Positions 1 through 7,511 of a stretch of DNA of 64,000 nt are shown in pieces. Location of the stretch: positions 34,784 to 98,783 of IMG/VR virus record IMGVR_UViG_3300003322_000128; one strand, 5' to 3'. The translations under genes and the position numbers were made by a program. Source of the stretch: a virus. Under the pieces are notes generated by a model, which did not search any database, had not been told where the DNA came from, and worked only from the letters and a program-made list of their open reading frames with translations. Each line of letters begins with the position of its first letter. Within the stretch, counting starts at the first letter, position 1.

Positions 1-38
1 GCAACACCAAAATAAATAATAAACCGTTAGGAATAAAA

Positions 39-413
39 ATGAACCGTCGTATTACGGCTGCTGTTGTCTCTGCTGTTGCTGTCTCTGTGGTGGCTACGGG
101 TTGTTCTGCCTCTGCTGGTCACTCTGTCAGCCGCGCGGGAATTGTGGTGGACCGCGATATTGAAGGGCATGGCTATGAACTGGAGACTAAGAACAGTTCT
201 GGCAAGCACGAGTTTAGTGTGAGCGCCAAGGTTTATCACGATTGTCAGAAGCGCGAGTACTACCCCTCTTGCATTAAGAGCAGCAAGAAGGACAGCGATA
301 ACCGCAAGAGCTACAAGAAGTCCAAGAAGAAGCGCTCTTGGTCTTGGACTAAGAAGAACAAGTCTAAGAAGTCTTCTAAGGGATTTAGCTTTAAGCGGAG
401 TAAGAGGCGCTAA
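39..413 (+). CDS. Predicted lipoprotein with Lys/Ser-rich basic C-terminal tail
   Basis: Signal peptide MNRRITAAVVSAVAVSVVATG-C with lipobox; AGGA upstream; very basic tail. Confidence 0.75.
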   Translation: MNRRITAAVVSAVAVSVVATGCSASAGHSVSRAGIVVDRDIEGHGYELETKNSSGKHEFSVSAKVYHDCQKREYYPSCIKSSKKDSDNRKSYKKSKKKRSWSWTKKNKSKKSSKGFSFKRSKRR

Positions 414-744
414 GTAAAACCCGGGCGAAAGAAATTTCGCCCAAGCTTGCAATTTTGCCAAAAATTATGACCATCGTAACAGCAAATTCTGTGGCAGTTT
501 TTTGGACCATCGTAAAGGGGTTCCCGGCGAGTCGGGAATGTCGGACATGCCCCGCTTCGCGGGGCTTAGCCCGTGTTTGTACCAATTTGATAGTGTTTGT
601 ACAAATATGTACCAGAATGTCCGATTTGCCCAAGGCTAGTCGGCAAGGTGGGAAACTTTACCAAACCGTGACCAAAAAACCTTCCGTGACGTGCTATCGC
701 GCGATAGGATGGCGCTACGCGCCACCCAAACAGGAGGTACCAAA

Positions 745-999
745 ATGGCCAGGATTACGAACAACAAGCACGTTATGCACTGGAGCGGCGAGACTGTCAC
801 CATTACCCGTCGGTTTCTCAAGTCGGGCGCCGTGCGCGTTCGTGTTGTTGTGGCTGAATCATTCAATGGTACGGAGCGTTTGAACGAATACCGCGATTAC
901 GTTGACATGCACAAGGGTGATGCTGTATATGCTCGACACATCAAAAAGTTTGAGCGTGCAATTGAGTCAGCCGCTCGCGAAGCTTGGAACGCTCGTTAG
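745..999 (+). CDS. Hypothetical early protein
   Basis: CAGGAGG SD before ATG 745 within ORF 691..999; followed by terminator. Confidence 0.75.
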   Translation: MARITNNKHVMHWSGETVTITRRFLKSGAVRVRVVVAESFNGTERLNEYRDYVDMHKGDAVYARHIKKFERAIESAAREAWNAR

Positions 1000-1011
1000 G
1001 CATACCTAACC

Positions 1012-1040
1012 AGGGAGCCGGACAACCGGCTCCCTTTTCT
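1012..1040 (+). terminator. Intrinsic terminator
   Basis: AGGGAGCCGG-acaa-CCGGCTCCCT followed by T run. Confidence 0.85.
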
Positions 1041-1066
1041 ATGCCTGCTAAAAGGTTGAATTCTGT

Positions 1067-1098
1067 ACATCCACAGCTGTGGATAAACCTGTGGATAA
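1067..1098. promoter_or_regulatory. DnaA-box cluster
   Basis: TGTGGATAA (reverse complement of TTATCCACA) at 1078-1086 and 1090-1098; opposed 7/9 box ACATCCACA at 1067-1075; another perfect box at 1343-1351. Confidence 0.75.
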
Positions 1099-1564
1099 CT
1101 TCGCTACTCTCTGCAATGTTACTTTACAGTATGTGAGAAAAGCTCTGTACGCCCTTCTAAGAGCCTCCCAGGGATGCCAATAGGCGACCACCCCAGGACA
1201 CCCGCGAAAGGCCGTTAGACGCGATTTTCACGTTGTGTAGTATCTGATGGAGTGTCAGAGAACCAACGAAAGCGCAGGTCAGACACTGTTTTTCAATCTG
1301 ACAGCGTGTCAGGTTACCGGCCAGTGGTCACAGACTGCTGACTGTGGATAACTTTCTTTACCTAAACGTTACGAAGACACGCCGACATAGGGGTTGACAA
1401 TCTTTAAAAAATTTGCATAGGGGGAAAAGCCGGCCACTTAGGTAAAATTTTGGTAAAGAAAATCAGAAATGGTTGACACAGACTGAGAGTGCCTGTATTT
1501 CGCGCACACTCACACACTCGCCGCATGTTGGGAGCGGCTAGGTTACTCGCGAGTTAACTAACGA

Positions 1565-1580
1565 TGTGACGCACGTCACA
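1565..1580. promoter_or_regulatory. CRP-family binding site
   Basis: Perfect TGTGA-N6-TCACA (TGTGA CGCACG TCACA). Confidence 0.65.
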
Positions 1581-1618
1581 CAAATAGCATGGGAAAGGTT
1601 AGGCATGCTAAACATGGC

Positions 1619-1669
1619 CTCTGACCTGCGAAAACTCACAAAACCGCAGGTCAGAGCATAGGCTAGTGT
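1619..1669 (+). promoter_or_regulatory. Probable early promoter within a 12-bp inverted repeat
   Basis: CTCTGACCTGCG (1619-1630)/CGCAGGTCAGAG (1645-1656); CTCACA-N18-TAGGCT, or alternative -10 TAGTGT. Confidence 0.5.
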
Positions 1670-1686
1670 TTACCTCAGAACGAACG

Positions 1687-1753
1687 GCCCGGAGGAAAGC
1701 CCCGCAAGGGGCGAGTACAAAGGAAGTCGCGGTTACTTGAGAACTAAATAGCG
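1687..1753 (+). promoter_or_regulatory. rRNA-operon-leader-like antitermination element (boxB hairpin + boxA)
   Basis: GCCCGGAGGAAAGCCCCGCAAGGGGCGAGTACAAAGGAAGTCGCGGTTACTTGAGAACTAAATAGCG closely resembles the Streptomyces rrn leader as I recall it; GNRA hairpin 1699-1712, boxA-like 1731-1744. Confidence 0.75.
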
Positions 1754-2122
1754 GGATTCAGAAACACATTACGCACAAGGAAACTCGCGGGTCACTGCCT
1801 AGAGGTCTAGCTAGGAAATCACCCCTTACATTCTGCGAGTTGAATTGACATTCTCGGCACTTTGCCAGGATTAGCGAACGGGCGGTTCTTCCCTTTCCGA
1901 TATGCCAGGAAATATCGACCGTCGAATATAGTGCGATTCCTTTTGGGATAGCGGTAGATATCCAATGCCACTAAAGGGATTCAAGTAGCGAAATCCAGCG
2001 GGTGTTTTGTTTGTCAGTCGAAAGTGCGCCGTGTCCCGATTATCTAGGGACTGTGGCTTTAGACGCTTACCCTTTCGAGCGTCTAGTGTCCACAAAGGAA
2101 TTAGGGAAGAAAGTGAGTCATC

Positions 2123-2452
2123 ATGACGACTGCCGCTCCTGCCAAGAAGACTGCCGCCCCGCGCAAGCGGGCGACTAAGAAGGCTGTCAGCACTCCTCAG
2201 ACGGCCGAACAGACGACGACTGTGTCTGTTGTTGACCCGGACGTCTACGTGCCCCCTACGGGGCTTGCAGAGGGTTTCCAGAGTGATGGGTCCGGCCCGC
2301 TGTTGGATGACCGTCTGACTCCGCGTGCGCTGGAGAACCTGACAGAGCTTGCCACGGACGGAAACACGAACACGGCCCGAAAGTACTGGATTGCCGTGCT
2401 GGCAAAGTACGGCGTCACGGTTCCTTTTGTGCCGGTTGACGAAAGCGAGTAA
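2123..2452 (+). CDS. Hypothetical early protein with histone-like PAKK/KRATKK N-terminus
   Basis: ORF; basic Ala/Lys/Pro-rich N-terminus. Confidence 0.75.
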   Translation: MTTAAPAKKTAAPRKRATKKAVSTPQTAEQTTTVSVVDPDVYVPPTGLAEGFQSDGSGPLLDDRLTPRALENLTELATDGNTNTARKYWIAVLAKYGVTVPFVPVDESE

Positions 2453-2539
2453 AACCGCCGCGCAAAACAACTGAATAGCAATTCCCAAACAAACAACCCC
2501 CTAATTCCTCTGCGGACACTAGAAACCGGAGGAAAAGTA

Positions 2540-2941
2540 ATGGACGCAATGACCGCAAAGGTTGCTCTCCGCATTCTCAAGAAATTGAAGCAGCGTGAGG
2601 CGGAATACTGGGAGGCTCGCCGCTATTGGTATGAAAGCGGTGATGGACGTCCGTCCGATTGGCGAGTTGACCCGGAAACGGGTCGGCACTGGAATGCAGG
2701 CGGTAAGGGTTGGACCTATCCGGAATGCATTCATGGCACTTCCCGTTGGACGGATTATGACAACATTTGTGGCGGGTGTGAGGATGGATATTCCATCTAT
2801 CAACTCGCCATTTGGGAGGCCCAAGAAAAGGTCGCTCAATTCAAGGAACGTGCCGAATGGGTTGGGGCAATGCCTAGTTCCTTTAGGCACACGGAAATGT
2901 ATCATGACGTGCTCGATTGGGTTTTCGAGACCGTCCGGTAA
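2540..2941 (+). CDS. Hypothetical early protein
   Basis: GGAGG SD; CxH...CxxC motif. Confidence 0.8.
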   Translation: MDAMTAKVALRILKKLKQREAEYWEARRYWYESGDGRPSDWRVDPETGRHWNAGGKGWTYPECIHGTSRWTDYDNICGGCEDGYSIYQLAIWEAQEKVAQFKERAEWVGAMPSSFRHTEMYHDVLDWVFETVR

Positions 2942-3015
2942 TTCCAAGCTGTAGGGATTTGGGGGCGTTATCCGAAAGGATGACGTTCCCCATGTCCACA
3001 CAGAGGGGAAACGCA

Positions 3016-3489
3016 ATGCAGCACTACAACCCGACCAAACCGCTTACGTTGGACAACTATGCTATTCAGGTTGACTATTACCTGAATGGTGAAAGCGGCG
3101 AAAAGTGCGCGCGGTTCGGTTCGGCAAAGGAATTTGCCGAATGGATGGACTCATTCGACTACAGTTCGGGTGACATTACTGGCTGGACTGGCGACAGTGC
3201 GACCATGCAGGCGGTAAACAGTTACCGCAATGACAGGCCATACCGCGCAATTCCGGAGTTCATCACGGAATTCAACACGAACGATGGTAGTTCGGAAATC
3301 GTTGGGGCAGACCAATTCCACAATTTGCGTCGCATGTTTACCCGCGACCGCGATAACTACCGCGTTTACCGGCATTACGCCGATGACGCAAAGGTCTACT
3401 CGGTAATGTACGTCGGAAAGGGGGATGCCCGACTTTCTTCCTACGTCTGGCATGTTCCTTTTGGAGCGGATGAAATTCCGATTTCCTGA
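3016..3489 (+). CDS. Hypothetical early protein
   Basis: GAGGGG SD before ATG 3016 within ORF 2917..3489. Confidence 0.75.
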   Translation: MQHYNPTKPLTLDNYAIQVDYYLNGESGEKCARFGSAKEFAEWMDSFDYSSGDITGWTGDSATMQAVNSYRNDRPYRAIPEFITEFNTNDGSSEIVGADQFHNLRRMFTRDRDNYRVYRHYADDAKVYSVMYVGKGDARLSSYVWHVPFGADEIPIS

Positions 3490-3613
3490 AAAGGAACGTG
3501 CGAGAATGAAAGGGGGTGGTTTCCTTGCGACGTAGGCGCAAGCGCAAATTACCCGGGTAAAAACCCAAGCTAATTGATTTGGCCCCGGGCATTCTTCGGA
3601 ATGTTCGGGGAGC

Positions 3614-4051
3614 ATGTCCATTAGAAGGGTGAAGCAAATGGTGGATGAGTGGCATTACTATTCTGACCAATTCGATGCCCGCGAGACTGGGGAGCATGGT
3701 TGGCGGAAATCAAATGTGAAGCCACGGGAAAGCATCCTGCGTAGGGATTCAACACACCGCGCGGGAAGTCGTTGCGGAAAGCTGTGCGTTGACGGGCTGT
3801 GGCCTATTCCTAGGGAATTGACGAGTGTCAAGCCTCCCCAGGGTCCGGGCCCATTCGGATTCACTTCCAATGAATTCGCGTGTGCTTGGTATGTGACGCA
3901 AAACGGCCGGATTTTCAAGCTCATTCGCCACCACGGGAACAATCACAATCTCGTGGTGGAAATTGCTTGGCAGATTCATCAGCCGTATTCATGGATTCCG
4001 AATTACCCCCGGACGCAAGTTTGGGATTGGGTCGGAGTTCAGAGCATCTAG
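3614..4051 (+). CDS. Hypothetical early protein (Trp-rich)
   Basis: ORF with GGGGAG upstream. Confidence 0.65.
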   Translation: MSIRRVKQMVDEWHYYSDQFDARETGEHGWRKSNVKPRESILRRDSTHRAGSRCGKLCVDGLWPIPRELTSVKPPQGPGPFGFTSNEFACAWYVTQNGRIFKLIRHHGNNHNLVVEIAWQIHQPYSWIPNYPRTQVWDWVGVQSI

Positions 4052-4139
4052 TGACATTTAGTGTGTCAGGGGACGCACAAGCCTTTCCGGTTGTGCTTTC
4101 CCCTAATGCATTGAAAGTCAATGCATGAAAGGGGTCAAA

Positions 4140-4319
4140 ATGCGTACCTGCACCGTGAACGGCCGGACGGGCATCATCACTGCACAGAACGGTAAGAGTG
4201 GCGTTCCCGCCACTCAGGTTTTCGTTCTGTTCGATGACAACCGTCCGACCGAATCGGATGCTGCATGGTTCGACGTGTCCGCCGTTCTGCCCACGGGCAT
4301 GGTGACTGTCACGTTCTGA
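4140..4319 (+). CDS. Hypothetical small early protein
   Basis: AAAGGGG SD before ATG 4140. Confidence 0.7.
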   Translation: MRTCTVNGRTGIITAQNGKSGVPATQVFVLFDDNRPTESDAAWFDVSAVLPTGMVTVTF

Positions 4320-4422
4320 GTGTCTGGGGACCGTTCTAAGCGACTCGGAACGGTCCCCCGGCCCGGTTGTCCAACCAAGCCACGAACGGCCGTTAGAACG
4401 GCACAGAGAGGTTTTTTGTACC

Positions 4423-4647
4423 ATGGCACGTACCAAGTGGGAAATCCTGACTGCCCGACTCGAAAAGGCACGGCAGGAAGTTGCCGAACTGGAAAGCATT
4501 ATGCGGGGGATGGAAAACACCCCGGATAACGTTGCATGCTCCGGTTGCGGTGAACAGTTCCGAGTGAATGCCGATTTCGCGCGGCATTTCAAGATTCCGA
4601 ATGAGCAATTGCTCAACACGGGATATTGCCCCAACAATCCGCGATAG
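4423..4647 (+). CDS. Small coiled-coil + zinc-finger-like protein
   Basis: CSGC...H...C motif; GAGAGG SD. Confidence 0.7.
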   Translation: MARTKWEILTARLEKARQEVAELESIMRGMENTPDNVACSGCGEQFRVNADFARHFKIPNEQLLNTGYCPNNPR

Positions 4648-4656
4648 GGGCGAGAA

Positions 4657-4902
4657 ATGGAAAACGCGGAAAACTGCAAGGATTGTCGGACTCCTATCAC
4701 CTTTGCTTATCGCGAATGGTGGGATGAGAACGACGACAATACATGTCCCAAGGGTGGAACGCATTTCCCGTATTTCAAGACGGAACTTGCGCCTACTCCG
4801 GTTTTTTCGACTTCCGGGCCGATAGCGAAGAATCGCGAAAAGCGTTTCGTTCCGCTCCGGGCCCAAAGGGCACAAAGAAGGGGTTTGGTTACTGACGCTT
4901 AG
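4657..4902 (+). CDS. Hypothetical Cys-containing protein
   Basis: CKDC...CP...H motif; packed after previous gene. Confidence 0.65.
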   Translation: MENAENCKDCRTPITFAYREWWDENDDNTCPKGGTHFPYFKTELAPTPVFSTSGPIAKNREKRFVPLRAQRAQRRGLVTDA

Positions 4903-4978
4903 TTGTCTTGGGATTGCCATTCTTTCGGGAATGGCATTGCCCAAAATGTCTAAGGGTTAGGCATTAGAAGGGGCTGCA

Positions 4979-5311
4979 ATGCTTATTCAGATTCTCGACA
5001 TTCTCTCTCGCCAGATGCGGGGTCAGTCACTTACGACTGGTCTTGAAACGGCGCGAGAAATTGAGGCCCTGGTTAGGGAGACTTCCCCTAAGTCTCCCGT
5101 TCGTTCGAATCACTCGGACGAGATTCCGCTTTCGGTCGATATGATTCGCGCGACTGCATGGGCCGAGCGGGCTTTCAATTCCGATGATTTGACGAATTAC
5201 AAGATTCGTGCAATCAAGGAAATCCGCACGAATTGGAATTTGGGCCTTAAGCAGGCTAAGGACATTGCCGATAACGTTTACGGTTCGGCGCCTAAGTCCT
5301 ATTGGGACTAG
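4979..5311 (+). CDS. Protein with ribosomal bL12 (L7/L12) C-terminal-domain-like region
   Basis: KIRAIKEIRTNWNLGLKQAKDIAD matches the L12 CTD signature KIxVIKxVRxxTGLGLKEAKDLVE. Confidence 0.75.
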   Translation: MLIQILDILSRQMRGQSLTTGLETAREIEALVRETSPKSPVRSNHSDEIPLSVDMIRATAWAERAFNSDDLTNYKIRAIKEIRTNWNLGLKQAKDIADNVYGSAPKSYWD

Positions 5312-5403
5312 CTCTCTGCGCTTTATGGTGGTGGCCATTTCGGGCGGGTTTTGAAATGGCCATTCGCCAAATGCGTTAAGGGTTAACGCAGGAAAGGGAA
5401 TCA

Positions 5404-5766
5404 ATGCGTACGGAAATGGTTCACCTCACCAATGCGTTTGTCCGTTACTGCGCTTCCGCTCGGAAGCTTGGTTACGACACTACGGGTTGGGGGCTTACGG
5501 TCGGTTCTAAGACCCAAGGGAACCCCTACAAGGTTGGGGTGAAGGGTGAATGCGGTAAGAGTCTTCCTGGCATGGGAGATGGAGATATCGGCCGGACCCG
5601 TGGCGAGGCTTACGACAGGTTGGTTACCGCCGCGAACGTGCTTGACGACGTGTGCAAGCATCTTTACGGATGTTCCGGAGACGGCTATGCGAGTGAAATG
5701 CCGCATGACACTTTCGTTCGGGAATCTCTGCACGTTTCCGGATTTCATCAGTACTGCAATAACTGA
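5404..5766 (+). CDS. Hypothetical early protein
   Basis: GAAAGGGA SD; ORF. Confidence 0.75.
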   Translation: MRTEMVHLTNAFVRYCASARKLGYDTTGWGLTVGSKTQGNPYKVGVKGECGKSLPGMGDGDIGRTRGEAYDRLVTAANVLDDVCKHLYGCSGDGYASEMPHDTFVRESLHVSGFHQYCNN

Positions 5767-5785
5767 ATAGAAAGGAAAAGACATC

Positions 5786-5977
5786 ATGCGAATTCAGCCG
5801 CGCCAAAGTGTTCAGACTACTTGGAATCGAGCTATCAACGATTCGTTTTTCCGGTTTGAGCATTACGTTATTCCGGGCAAGGAATCCGCCACTTACGTTT
5901 ATCGGCGGGTTTTCGATTCGTGGACTCCCGATGGACGTTGGGAGCTGGAAAAGCTCATTCGGCTCTATGCTGAATAG
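5786..5977 (+). CDS. Hypothetical small protein
   Basis: GAAAGGA SD; ORF. Confidence 0.7.
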   Translation: MRIQPRQSVQTTWNRAINDSFFRFEHYVIPGKESATYVYRRVFDSWTPDGRWELEKLIRLYAE

Positions 5978-6046
5978 CTGAATGTCCGGGGCACAATGTG
6001 TCCCGTGGCATTGTCTATTCAGAGTGAGTAGGCAGGAAAGGGCATC

Positions 6047-6127
6047 ATGCGGAAGATTCTTGGTGACATTGCGCTTACGGTCGTTGTCTTTGTGGGCGTT
6101 ACTGTTGTCTGGAATTGGCTTTTCTGA
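6047..6127 (+). CDS. 26-aa single-TM microprotein MRKILGDIALTVVVFVGVTVVWNWLF
   Basis: Read manually; GGAAAGGG SD; fills the gap between two conserved stem-loops. Confidence 0.65.
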   Translation: MRKILGDIALTVVVFVGVTVVWNWLF

Positions 6128-6191
6128 GTAGCTGAATGCGGCGGGTATGCCTTTATGGATATCCGTTCGCATTGTCTACTTAGGAGGAGCA

Positions 6192-6347
6192 ATGCGGGAA
6201 GTTGCCAGTATCTATCTTTCCAGCAATGGAAAGGAATTCCTGATTTATGACAGAAACGAGCAATTGGTTTCTGTCAAGGCAATTAGCGACCTTGCCGATT
6301 TGGGAGAGACGGTTGTCAATACTGTCTCGGAAGCTATTGAGGAGTAG
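6192..6347 (+). CDS. Hypothetical small protein
   Basis: AGGAGG SD before ATG 6192. Confidence 0.7.
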   Translation: MREVASIYLSSNGKEFLIYDRNEQLVSVKAISDLADLGETVVNTVSEAIEE

Positions 6348-6349
6348 AA

Positions 6350-6688
6350 ATGCCCTACGGAACGATTTCGCCGGAAGTCAAGAATTTCGTCGAAATGCGT
6401 GCAAGGCAGGGGAACGTTTTCGGGCGCTTCGAACTTGAGCCGCAAACGTGTGAATTTCCCGATGACTGCGAAAAGGCGGAAAACTGCATCTGCTTTGTTC
6501 CGGGCCTTTCGCGAATCTCCATTATCGTCGAAGGTGCCCTAGACGAAGAATTCGAAATCCGGGGTGGCGGCTTTGAGGTCAACATTGCCGACTGGATTTC
6601 AGAATTCATGTTCTGTGAGAACGTCGGCAATTACTGGATTATGGTTTCCGACAGTGAGGGAAACCTGACTTACTCGGTAGAGGGGTGA
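6350..6688 (+). CDS. Hypothetical acidic protein
   Basis: GAGGAG SD; ORF. Confidence 0.75.
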   Translation: MPYGTISPEVKNFVEMRARQGNVFGRFELEPQTCEFPDDCEKAENCICFVPGLSRISIIVEGALDEEFEIRGGGFEVNIADWISEFMFCENVGNYWIMVSDSEGNLTYSVEG

Positions 6689-6694
6689 CCAGCA

Positions 6695-7054
6695 ATGGCA
6701 TGGGTTGAATTCACGCCGGGTGTTCCGGACATTGTCCGCGAATACCAAAGCAAGGTTGAGGACACAGAAAATGGAATCACCCTTTATGAAAACATCGGGT
6801 TGATTTCGGCAATTCGAAAGTCCGGGGACCGCTACTGGATTTACGAAACGGATTTCCGGGAAATGCTGGAAATTGACGTCACGGAATTGCAGCCGGGTGA
6901 TGTTATCTGGCATTGCTTGGATGACGGCCCGGTTAAGAGTCACGAACCGTATTCGTCATATCCGACTGAGGAATTGGTTTCTTTTCGGTCTGGCACAGCT
7001 GAACGGTTCGGCAAGCCGCAAAAGTTGGGTGTTTTGAGGGGTGGGCAGTTTTAG
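6695..7054 (+). CDS. Hypothetical protein
   Basis: GAGGGG SD; ORF. Confidence 0.75.
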   Translation: MAWVEFTPGVPDIVREYQSKVEDTENGITLYENIGLISAIRKSGDRYWIYETDFREMLEIDVTELQPGDVIWHCLDDGPVKSHEPYSSYPTEELVSFRSGTAERFGKPQKLGVLRGGQF

Positions 7055-7154
7055 GCAGTAGATTGGTACATAGCTTGCTACAAAAAGGGGCTGTGTGCCT
7101 TTCTAGGGCCCCGGACAATCGAGCCGGGGTCATTGCCTAGGGGAGGTCCTGAAA

Positions 7155-7511
7155 ATGGCTTACAGCGCAACTGAGTGCAAGGGTGACGGCATGGGGGACT
7201 ACGGGCGTCCCTGCAACGGATACGCGCGTACCGAATCGCCGTGTGCGGTATGCCTGCTGGCACACAAGCTCTATTCCACTGAAGAGAATTCGGCCGGGTT
7301 TGTTGAGGTAGAAGAGACAGATAACTTCCCCATTACAGTAATTGCCTATAGAGGAATAAACACAGTAACAGTGAAGGGTATTCGCTGTGACTCAATCAGT
7401 ACTCAGGTAGACAAGCGGGGCAATGCCCATCTGTCCTTTGAGTTCTACGAGAATGCAAACCGAATCGGTTACATTCCTTGCGTCGATTGGTACGAGACGG
7501 TATGCGAGTAA
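7155..7511 (+). CDS. Hypothetical Cys-rich protein
   Basis: GGAGG SD; ORF. Confidence 0.7.
   Translation: MAYSATECKGDGMGDYGRPCNGYARTESPCAVCLLAHKLYSTEENSAGFVEVEETDNFPITVIAYRGINTVTVKGIRCDSISTQVDKRGNAHLSFEFYENANRIGYIPCVDWYETVCE

Noticed and set aside
1687-2120. An rRNA gene or fragment after the rrn-like leader
   Set aside because: No 16S 5' sequence (AGAGTTTGATC...) follows; only the leader is similar
455-2488. ORFs 455..883(+), 391..633(-), 636..866(-), 1871..2488(-)
   Set aside because: No RBS, atypical composition, overlap with better genes or regulatory sequence
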